In this document: positions 1-6,657 of the stretch, in pieces
Layout of the letters: every line of letters starts with the position of its first letter
Position numbering within the stretch: the stretch's first letter is position 1
From: a virus
Taxonomy: Duplodnaviria; Caudoviricetes
Strand: one strand, 5' to 3'
Length of the DNA: 35,747 nt
IMG/VR virus record: IMGVR_UViG_3300033067_001185
Span: 1 to 35,747 of that record
Translations under genes and position numbers: made by a program
Notes under the pieces: model-generated
What the model was told of the DNA's origin: nothing
What the model saw: the letters and a program-made list of their open reading frames with translations, nothing else
The model's database searches: none

Positions 1-2
1 AT

Positions 3-413
3 GCTTCTTATGACTCTCCCGAAGGCACGGTCTGGGGACCACCGATAACCTCCCAGCCCTTCCGCACCTCTCGCTCCATCCACCTCCCCGGTGTTCGCCC
101 TGAGCTTCTCGCCAAGGCCTACGAAATCACCGCCACCTGCGGCTCCCGCGTCATCTCCGGCTATCGCCACACCCACGTCGCCGGCACCCGTCGCTGGTCG
201 CTCCATGCTTCCGGCAAAGCCATCGACGTAGCTGGCAATCCCACCTGCGTCTATTCCCACCTGCGTTCTTGGCCCGGCGGAGTCTCCATCGACTACGGCC
301 GAGTCCAGCACGTTCATATCTCCTACGACCCCGAATCCGGCCGCGAAATGGGCATTCGCTTTGCTCACTACGGCCATCGCCGGTATGCCCATCGCCATGG
401 GAGGCGAGCATGA
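3..413 (+). CDS. Peptidase M15A-like (D-Ala-D-Ala carboxypeptidase fold) zinc peptidase, 5' partial
   Basis: Not in ORF track. Frame 3 is open from the window start to TGA 411-413: ...CGSRVISGYRHTHVAGTRRWSLHASGKAIDVAG...HVHISYD, i.e. SxHxxGxAxD plus HxH motifs; ATGA overlap with next gene. Confidence 0.8.
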   Translation, partial: ASYDSPEGTVWGPPITSQPFRTSRSIHLPGVRPELLAKAYEITATCGSRVISGYRHTHVAGTRRWSLHASGKAIDVAGNPTCVYSHLRSWPGGVSIDYGRVQHVHISYDPESGREMGIRFAHYGHRRYAHRHGRRA

Positions 414-772
414 GCGACCTCAGACAAGCCGCGCAGATGGCACGGGAGGCTTTGCTCGAAATCGACCTTCTGACAAGTGCAGTCGGAGACGATGAATATC
501 TGAATGACTTAGTTCAGAAGCCGCTCGCCGCCCTCACATCAGCCCTAGAGGCGGATGGGTGGAGGGGGATAGAAACGGCCCCGAAAGATAAAACACACTT
601 TCTTGTGTGGGACGCACATTACGGTACCCGCATCGGGAAGGTCCATATCCGCGCCGATCATGATGACTGGCTTTCGTATGTTGACGCACACGGCAACTCG
701 TCCAAAGGCGGGATACGCGCGACCCACTGGCACCCGCTGCCCCTCCCGCCGCCACCGCAAGGAGAGAAGTGA
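410..772 (+). CDS. DUF551/Eaa-like phage protein
   Basis: GGAGG SD then ATG 410; C-terminal WRGIETAPKD...THWHPLPLPP signature; more G-rich than neighbours. Confidence 0.7.
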   Translation: MSDLRQAAQMAREALLEIDLLTSAVGDDEYLNDLVQKPLAALTSALEADGWRGIETAPKDKTHFLVWDAHYGTRIGKVHIRADHDDWLSYVDAHGNSSKGGIRATHWHPLPLPPPPQGEK

Positions 773-819
773 TGCGCGTTGCTGGAAACACTTGGGGCGC
801 AGTTTTCCAAACTTTCCCC

Positions 820-848
820 TCGACTTATCAGCCATATCCAGGTATAAT
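820..848 (+). promoter_or_regulatory. Sigma70-type promoter for the replication operon
   Basis: TCGACT (820-825), 17 nt spacer, TATAAT (843-848), in the only sizeable early intergenic gap, followed by AAGGAG SD and ATG 875. Confidence 0.7.
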
Positions 849-874
849 CAGAGAACAATCAAGGAGTCCAAGCT

Positions 875-1177
875 ATGGCCACCATCTGCACCCACGCATT
901 CGGCGAAGACTGGATTATCGAATTCGACTACCACATCACCGCCAAGGCCCAGCGCGGTATCGGCCCAAGCTGGAACGATCCCGGTGCCCCTGCCGAGCCA
1001 ATGGAATACGAAATCACTTCCGTCGCTCTCTACCGCGACCGCTCTGGCTTCGGCCGTGGCCCCAATCCCGAACCTGCTCTCGACCTGCCACGGTGGCTGG
1101 AATCCCAGATCATCGACTGGCTCTCCGAGGATGCCAGCGCCTACGAGGAGATTGAAAAATGCGAATCATCCTACTGA
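875..1177 (+). CDS. Hypothetical acidic protein
   Basis: AAGGAG SD, C-ending codon usage typical of this arm. Confidence 0.75.
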   Translation: MATICTHAFGEDWIIEFDYHITAKAQRGIGPSWNDPGAPAEPMEYEITSVALYRDRSGFGRGPNPEPALDLPRWLESQIIDWLSEDASAYEEIEKCESSY

Positions 1178-1251
1178 TCCTTGCCCTATCCCTCGCTGGC
1201 TGCGCGACGAGCAACTGTCCTAGAGGCCACTTCACCTGCGGATTCAACTGA
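1159..1251 (+). CDS. 30-aa mini-lipoprotein
   Basis: MRIILLILALSLAG-CATSNCPRGHFTCGFN; GAGGAG SD; LAGC lipobox; TGATG coupling to helicase. Confidence 0.7.
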   Translation: MRIILLILALSLAGCATSNCPRGHFTCGFN

Positions 1252-2654
1252 TGACCCACAAGCCAACCCCAGAACAAGACGCAATCCTCACCGCCGTCGC
1301 TTCCTCCTCGGCCAACCTCATGCTCGTAGCCCGCGCAGGCTGTGGCAAAACCTCCACCCTCAAACTCATCGATTCCACCCTCCGTTCCGCCGCGCTCCTC
1401 GTCTGCTTCAACAAATCCATTGCCGAAGACGCGCGCAAGGAAGTCCGCTCCACCACCACAGTCAAAACCTTCAACTCCCTAGGCCACTCCATCTGGGCCG
1501 AATACCATGGCCGCAAACTCACCCTCAACAAGAACAAACTCCGGGACATCTACAAAGCCTTCGCCGACGATGCCCCACGTTCCGACCGATCATTCCTTTG
1601 GTCTCTCTACGACTCCGTTACCGCTGCCATCAACATGGCCCGAGCCATCGGCTATATCCCACCTACCCACGCCCTCGCCCGCAAGGCCATCGCCACATGG
1701 TCCGATGTCGAACGGCGCCTTGATGAAACCCCACTCCCCGAAGTCCAAGCCATCGCTGATAAGCTCCTCAACCTCTCCATCGCCCAAGCCTATGCCGGGG
1801 TCATCGACTTCAACGACCAAGTCTACATGCCAGCCCTCTTTGCCGGTCACTACCCCTCCTTCCCCATGGTGATGATCGATGAATACCAAGACCTCTCTCC
1901 TGTCAACCACGCGATGGTTTCCAAGCTCTGCCGAAATTCTCGCCAGATCGGCGTCGGCGACCCAGCCCAAGCCATCTACGAATTTCGCGGCGCAGATTCC
2001 AATGCCATGGCCCGAGCCACAAACCAGTTCTCCATGGACACCTATCCTCTCTCCCTCTCCTTCCGATGCCCCTCCGCCATCACCTCTAACGTCCATTGGC
2101 TTGTCCCCGACATTCGTTCAGTCCGTGATGGAGGAACTATATCTCACGGGGGTAGCTTGGACCTGCGACCAGACACTGCTGTCATCTGCCGATACAACGC
2201 TCCCCTTGTCCGCCTCGCCCTCGAGACCTTGGTCTCCGGCACCCGAGTCGACGTAGCTGGCGTCGATATCGGCTCCCGAATAATCCGCCTCCTCGAAAAA
2301 CTCGGCCCAACCTCCCTCACCCGATCCCAAGCCCTCGACGCCATCGCCAACTGGGAAGCCGAACGTGAATCTCTTGACTCCAAAACCGCCCCTGACCTTG
2401 CCGATTGCATGCGAGTCTTCGTCTCCAAAACCCAAACCCTCGACGGCGCAATCTCCTACGCCCAGCACCTATTCTCCTCCTCCGAAGGCGAAATCCGATT
2501 CTTCTCTGGCCACCGAGCCAAGGGCCTGGAATTCGATCATGTCTATCATCTTGACCATGAATCAATTAAAACCACCGGCCAAGACCCAAACATCCACTAC
2601 GTGATCGACACCCGGCCCAAAGAATCCTTGACCTATATCAAATCCCACCACTAG
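1251..2654 (+). CDS. UvrD/Rep-like SF1 DNA helicase
   Basis: ARAGCGKTST (Walker A), IDEYQD, VGDPAQAIYEFRGA, SFRCP, HRAKGLEFD, YVIDTR motifs. Confidence 0.9.
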   Translation: MTHKPTPEQDAILTAVASSSANLMLVARAGCGKTSTLKLIDSTLRSAALLVCFNKSIAEDARKEVRSTTTVKTFNSLGHSIWAEYHGRKLTLNKNKLRDIYKAFADDAPRSDRSFLWSLYDSVTAAINMARAIGYIPPTHALARKAIATWSDVERRLDETPLPEVQAIADKLLNLSIAQAYAGVIDFNDQVYMPALFAGHYPSFPMVMIDEYQDLSPVNHAMVSKLCRNSRQIGVGDPAQAIYEFRGADSNAMARATNQFSMDTYPLSLSFRCPSAITSNVHWLVPDIRSVRDGGTISHGGSLDLRPDTAVICRYNAPLVRLALETLVSGTRVDVAGVDIGSRIIRLLEKLGPTSLTRSQALDAIANWEAERESLDSKTAPDLADCMRVFVSKTQTLDGAISYAQHLFSSSEGEIRFFSGHRAKGLEFDHVYHLDHESIKTTGQDPNIHYVIDTRPKESLTYIKSHH

Positions 2655-2663
2655 GAGGATCCC

Positions 2664-2978
2664 TTGGCACTCTCCGAATCCATGGCAGCCTACACCGACT
2701 GCTATGAAATCTACGACGCCGCCCGAGACAACCCCAAGGGCGTTCGCGTTCTGATCGGTGAATACAACCAAGCCGGTATTATGCGTATGCGAATGAACCA
2801 AGCCAGAGTCCTCGAGCGCAAAGAAGCCAAGCGCCTCTACGACCGCACCGACCCCAAGTACGGAAAGTCCGAGAACGACAAATTCCGCAACAAAATCCTC
2901 GAAGACACCGAAGGCAACTGGTGGCTCTACGTGGAACCTTGGGGCCTATCCGGTCTAGAAATCGAACCTCTGGAGTAG
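2664..2978 (+). CDS. Hypothetical protein (TTG start)
   Basis: AGGAGG SD before TTG; fills the gap between neighbours. Confidence 0.7.
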   Translation: MALSESMAAYTDCYEIYDAARDNPKGVRVLIGEYNQAGIMRMRMNQARVLERKEAKRLYDRTDPKYGKSENDKFRNKILEDTEGNWWLYVEPWGLSGLEIEPLE

Positions 2979-2982
2979 TCCA

Positions 2983-3213
2983 ATGTCCCTACGAGAAGAA
3001 ATCTACCTCAACCTCCTCGACCGAGCCCTCGAAGAAGAGCTCGGCCTAGTGGTCGAAACCTCCAATCCATCTCGCCTATCCCACCTCCTCCATGACTACT
3101 CCAAACTCGATCGCTACGGTTCCCTCGCCATCTGCGTTCCATCCATCCCCAACCATGTCTTCATCACCCAACGTACCGTGGAGCTAGACGATGCCCTCTC
3201 GGAAAGTCCATAG
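2983..3213 (+). CDS. Hypothetical protein
   Basis: GGAG SD, C-ending codons, tight packing. Confidence 0.7.
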   Translation: MSLREEIYLNLLDRALEEELGLVVETSNPSRLSHLLHDYSKLDRYGSLAICVPSIPNHVFITQRTVELDDALSESP

Positions 3214-3364
3214 AACCAACCTCCATCTCTGGGCCGAGGATGTCGAATACCTTCGTCGCATCTTCGGCCACGGCTGGACCACCCATGTCCGTGACATGGT
3301 CTCCAAGAAAGTCCGTGAAATCAAAGCCACCCGTGAAGCCAACAACATAGGACTCCCCGAATGA
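3191..3364 (+). CDS. 57-aa probable ribbon-helix-helix DNA-binding protein
   Basis: Not in ORF track. MPSRKVHRTNLHLWAEDVEYLRRIFGHGWTTHVRDMVSKKVREIK...; beta-alpha-alpha pattern, GGAG SD, ATGA overlap with next gene. Confidence 0.6.
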   Translation: MPSRKVHRTNLHLWAEDVEYLRRIFGHGWTTHVRDMVSKKVREIKATREANNIGLPE

Positions 3365-3570
3365 GCGACGTTGACCTCCTGATGGACCTCGATCCACTCT
3401 CTCTATCCGACGCCGACATCGACGCCATCGTCGCCTACCACCGCAACATCCGCGCGAAGAAGGCCGCTGGCGAAAAGCCCACCAAGACCAAGGTCGATGT
3501 TTCCTCGGCTGTCTCCTCGATCCTCAACAAGATCAAGCCTGCCGAAACCAAACCAGTCCGGAGAATCTAA
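3361..3570 (+). CDS. Hypothetical protein (acidic N-terminus, basic C-terminus)
   Basis: Coupled on both sides (ATGA, TAATG). Confidence 0.7.
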   Translation: MSDVDLLMDLDPLSLSDADIDAIVAYHRNIRAKKAAGEKPTKTKVDVSSAVSSILNKIKPAETKPVRRI

Positions 3571-3728
3571 TGTCCGCCGTTCTCTGCGCCATCTGCGATC
3601 GCCTAGTCAACTCCGACGATGATCCCGATGGCTTCTATGTCCGCGGCTACGACGACAAATTCGTCTGCGAATTCTGTCGAGATGGCCTTGGCTCAACACT
3701 AGACTCCGAGGAAGACTCCAATGACTGA
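3570..3728 (+). CDS. 52-aa CxxC...CxxC zinc-finger protein
   Basis: Not in ORF track. MSAVLCAICDRLVNSDDDPDGFYVRGYDDKFVCEFCRDG...; GGAG SD, TAATG coupling. Confidence 0.65.
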   Translation: MSAVLCAICDRLVNSDDDPDGFYVRGYDDKFVCEFCRDGLGSTLDSEEDSND

Positions 3729-4722
3729 CCTCTCCCCCGACCACCTCACCGTCGGCTCCACTTCCCCATTCCTCCCCGGCACCAACATCCAGTTCGCTTG
3801 GGATTCCACCTCCCTTGGCTATCTCAAAACCTGCCCACGCCTCTACCAATACATCATGATCGAAGGCTGGGGCTCTGCCGCCGAATCCATCCACCTCCGG
3901 TTCGGCATCGAGTATCACTCCGCCCTCCAAAACTACGACATCATCCGTGCCGAAGGAATCCCCCATGAAGATGCAGTCCATCGTGTGGTTCGAGACCTCC
4001 TCGTATCTTCGGCGGATTGGTCTCCTGATCGAGAGTCGCGTGCTGGCAAGTACAAGAACCGTGACACTCTGCTGTCACTTGTGGTCGATTACTTGGATCA
4101 TTTCGTTGACGATCCAGCGCAGACCCTTATCATGTCCAACGGAAAGCCGGCAGTGGAGTTGAGCTTTAGGTTTGAGCTTGACTGGGGGCCGAATGGTTGG
4201 CATCATGGTGATACATACACTAATGCCGATCCCCAACCCTATCTCCTCTCCGGCCACCTCGATCGAGTCGTCGAATTCAACGACCATCTCTTCGTCATGG
4301 ACCACAAGACCACCACCACAACCCCGGGCCAGTACTACTTCCACCAGTACGAACCCAACAACCAAATGACCCTCTATACCCTCGGAGGCCAAGTCGTCCT
4401 TAATTCCCCAATCAAGGGCGTCATCATCTCCGCGGCCCAGATATTGCTGGATAAGGAAAACCGCTTCGTCCGAGGCTTCACCTACCGAACCCAAGACCAA
4501 ATCGAAGAATGGCTCAATGACCTGCGCATCTTGTTGCAAACTAATGAGAGTTATGCGGACGCCAACTACTGGCCTATGAACGACACCGCCTGCGACAAGT
4601 TCGGCGGCTGCCGATTCCGTGAGGTCTGTTCCAAAACCCCCGAGGCCCGAGCGATGTTCCTCAAAACCGATTTCACCAAACTAGAGGAGTCCGAACGATG
4701 GAATCCCCTGAGAAGCCGGTAA
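3721..4722 (+). CDS. PD-(D/E)XK exonuclease, Cas4/AddB-like with Fe-S cysteines
   Basis: CPR near N-terminus, GHLDRV, DHKTT, QMTLY, C-terminal CDKFGGCRFREVC. Confidence 0.85.
   Translation: MTDLSPDHLTVGSTSPFLPGTNIQFAWDSTSLGYLKTCPRLYQYIMIEGWGSAAESIHLRFGIEYHSALQNYDIIRAEGIPHEDAVHRVVRDLLVSSADWSPDRESRAGKYKNRDTLLSLVVDYLDHFVDDPAQTLIMSNGKPAVELSFRFELDWGPNGWHHGDTYTNADPQPYLLSGHLDRVVEFNDHLFVMDHKTTTTTPGQYYFHQYEPNNQMTLYTLGGQVVLNSPIKGVIISAAQILLDKENRFVRGFTYRTQDQIEEWLNDLRILLQTNESYADANYWPMNDTACDKFGGCRFREVCSKTPEARAMFLKTDFTKLEESERWNPLRSR
3965..4162 (+). CDS. Candidate nested (+1 frame) 65-aa protein inside the nuclease
   Basis: GAAGGA 3952-3957, ATG 3965; coincides with loss of C3 bias in the host frame. Confidence 0.4.
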   Translation: MKMQSIVWFETSSYLRRIGLLIESRVLASTRTVTLCCHLWSITWIISLTIQRRPLSCPTESRQWS

Positions 4723-4901
4723 GCCTACCTAGCTGGCTTCGCTGGCCCCCGAACTGTTGCGAAACCTGCGTCGGCTGGGAACGCCACGACACCTACACCG
4801 GCCGATGCCAAAAGCATAACTCCCTAGATGTCTCCACCATCACCGACACCCGCTATCGTTGCCCAGCATTCCAAAGGAAACCTGACAATGCCAAGCCTTA
4901 G
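4698..4901 (+). CDS. Small Cys-rich (CxxC..C..C) protein
   Basis: GAGGAG SD; NCCETCVGW...GRC...RCPAF; bridges the nuclease and ATPase genes. Confidence 0.6.
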   Translation: MESPEKPVSLPSWLRWPPNCCETCVGWERHDTYTGRCQKHNSLDVSTITDTRYRCPAFQRKPDNAKP

Positions 4902-5742
4902 CAACCACCAATCCAACTCCAACACCAAGCTCCTCCTCCTCGGCGATGCCAAGTCCGGTAAGACCGGGTCCCTCGTGTCCCTTGTCAAGGCTGGATACAA
5001 ACTCCGCATCCTTGACATGGACAACCTCCTCGACATCCTTAAGTACAAAATCCTCGAGGAATGCCCAGACAAAATCGACAACGTAGAGTTCGTCACCATC
5101 CGTGACAAATACAAAACCGGCCCAGCAGGGAGCATGATCGATGGAAAACCCCGCGCATGGATGGACGCTATTAAAATGCTCGATAACTGGAAATATGACG
5201 ACACTGATCTTGGAAAACCAGCTGACTGGGGGCCAGACTGTATCCTCGTCATCGACAGTCTCTCACGGCTTTGTGATGCAGCTTATGACTTCCATGAATC
5301 TATTATCCCGCGGGGGAAATCTGGGGATTACGATGGACGAGCAGTTTATGGAAATGCGCAAGACGATGTCGAAAAAGTCCTAGCAATGCTAACCTCCCGC
5401 GGCATGGCCACCAACGTCATCGTCATCGCCCATGGCAACTACATGGACCTGCCGGATGGCACCAAGAAAATCTTCCCGCAGGGCGTCGGCCAAAAGCTCT
5501 CCCTCCGCATTCCCCAATACTTCCCCAACTACGTCCGCTACCGTAACAAGAACGGCAAGCGAACCATCCAACTCGAATCCGATCCCATGATCGACCTTGC
5601 CAACACTCGGCCGGGGTTCCTCAACAAGGAACTCGACATCTCCACCGGCCTTGCAGAGTTTTTCGGAGCACTCCGTGACGGTGCCCCGAAAACGGCGGAA
5701 TCCCCCGCCAAGCCTAAGTCTGTCACACTCATCCGCAAGTAA
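4888..5742 (+). CDS. AAA_24/Sak4-like recombination ATPase
   Basis: LLLLGDAKSGKTGS Walker A, LVIDSLS Walker B, IVIAH; AGGA SD before ATG 4888; between nuclease and SSB-like gene. Confidence 0.8.
   Translation: MPSLSNHQSNSNTKLLLLGDAKSGKTGSLVSLVKAGYKLRILDMDNLLDILKYKILEECPDKIDNVEFVTIRDKYKTGPAGSMIDGKPRAWMDAIKMLDNWKYDDTDLGKPADWGPDCILVIDSLSRLCDAAYDFHESIIPRGKSGDYDGRAVYGNAQDDVEKVLAMLTSRGMATNVIVIAHGNYMDLPDGTKKIFPQGVGQKLSLRIPQYFPNYVRYRNKNGKRTIQLESDPMIDLANTRPGFLNKELDISTGLAEFFGALRDGAPKTAESPAKPKSVTLIRK
5141..5383 (+). CDS. Candidate nested (+1 frame) 80-aa protein inside the Sak4-like ATPase
   Basis: GGGAG 5128-5132, 8 nt, ATG; ORF limits match an A/T-ending codon patch in the host gene. Confidence 0.5.
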   Translation: MENPAHGWTLLKCSITGNMTTLILENQLTGGQTVSSSSTVSHGFVMQLMTSMNLLSRGGNLGITMDEQFMEMRKTMSKKS

Positions 5743-5754
5743 GGAAACTCAACC

Positions 5755-6198
5755 ATGTCCAACACACCCAACTTCGCATCCATCCTCGACGAAGCTCCCT
5801 CTGAAGTCGATCGCCCGAAGCCCCTCCCTGCTGGCACCTACACCTGCATCGTCGCTGGGACCCCGATCTACGACAAGTCCTCCAAGAAAGGCACCCCGTT
5901 CGTTCAGTTCACCCTCAAGCCCATCTCGGCAGAGTCCGACGTTGACGAGGAAGACCTCCACGAAATGGGAGGCTTCGAAAACAAGACCATCCGCGCGACC
6001 TACTACCTCACCGAAGACGCAGTCTTCCGCCTCGATGAGTTCCATCAGCATTGCGGCCTTGACCTCGGGAAGGAACAGTCCCGGCGCCAGCGCAATGACG
6101 AGGTCGTCAACTGTGAGGTCCGCGCGGTAGTCAAGCACCGTACCTCGGACGACGGCTCGCAAATCTTTGCCGAACTCGCCCGCACTCTCGCGGCGTGA
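5755..6198 (+). CDS. Phage SSB-like protein (DUF669-like)
   Basis: PLPAGTYTCIV...SKKGTPFV pattern; position after the Sak4-like ATPase. Confidence 0.7.
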   Translation: MSNTPNFASILDEAPSEVDRPKPLPAGTYTCIVAGTPIYDKSSKKGTPFVQFTLKPISAESDVDEEDLHEMGGFENKTIRATYYLTEDAVFRLDEFHQHCGLDLGKEQSRRQRNDEVVNCEVRAVVKHRTSDDGSQIFAELARTLAA

Positions 6199-6204
6199 TC
6201 TACC

Positions 6205-6235
6205 TTGGGAGGGGCTTCGGTCCCTCCCAACTTTT
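6205..6235 (+). terminator. Intrinsic terminator / stable hairpin after ssb
   Basis: TTGGGAGGGGC-TTCG-GTCCCTCCCAA stem with cUUCGg tetraloop followed by CTTTT. Confidence 0.75.
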
Positions 6236-6245
6236 GGAGGGGCCA

Positions 6246-6422
6246 ATGTCACCGGAAGAATTCGCCAAGCTACCGATGCAGATAGTTATCACCTTTACCG
6301 ACAATCAATACAAAGTCACCATCATGTCCGCGGTCTCAGTTACTGATGTCCAATACTACGATTCATTCGAAGAAGCCGTTTCCTTTATCCGCGCCCACGC
6401 CACCGCATTGAGGTCGTCATGA
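6246..6422 (+). CDS. Hypothetical 58-aa protein
   Basis: GGAGG SD before ATG 6246; ATGA overlap downstream. Confidence 0.6.
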   Translation: MSPEEFAKLPMQIVITFTDNQYKVTIMSAVSVTDVQYYDSFEEAVSFIRAHATALRSS

Positions 6423-6529
6423 AATACGACATCGCAGGACTCATCGGCACATGCACCGGAACCTTGGCCAGAGGCTTTTTCTGGGGTGCTGGCTTTATCC
6501 TCGCCGTTAAACTTATAGGCTTCCCATGA
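6419..6529 (+). CDS. 36-aa small membrane protein
   Basis: Not in ORF track. MKYDIAGLIGTCTGTLARGFFWGAGFILAVKLIGFP; GAGG SD; ATGA overlaps at both ends. Confidence 0.6.
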   Translation: MKYDIAGLIGTCTGTLARGFFWGAGFILAVKLIGFP

Positions 6530-6657
6530 GCAAGAATCATCCAGTCGGCAAAGCCTTCGACAAACTCGCCCGAAAGACTCTCGATAAGAAAGCTCATAAG
6601 CGAGCAATTAAGGCGGCTAAAAAAGCCAAACAAGGACGGAAGGTTATTTCCAAATGA
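6526..6657 (+). CDS. 43-aa very basic (Lys/Ala-rich) protein
   Basis: Not in ORF track. MSKNHPVGKAFDKLARKTLDKKAHKRAIKAAKKAKQGRKVISK; ATGA overlaps at both ends. Confidence 0.55.
   Translation: MSKNHPVGKAFDKLARKTLDKKAHKRAIKAAKKAKQGRKVISK

Noticed and set aside
783-809. Imperfect inverted repeat TGGAAAC...GTTTTCCA upstream of the early promoter as an operator
   Set aside because: Short, single copy; no second instance noticed
1507-1872. +1-frame ORF in the helicase
   Set aside because: Ser/Pro/Thr default product of C3 codons; no SD and no codon shift
3721-4722. CRISPR-Cas system from the Cas4-like gene
   Set aside because: No repeat-spacer array or other cas genes; context is a nuclease-Sak4-SSB recombination module
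5597-6130. 177-aa +1-frame ORF across ATPase and ssb
   Set aside because: C3 shadow ORF with no SD; shows that ORF length alone is not evidence in this genome
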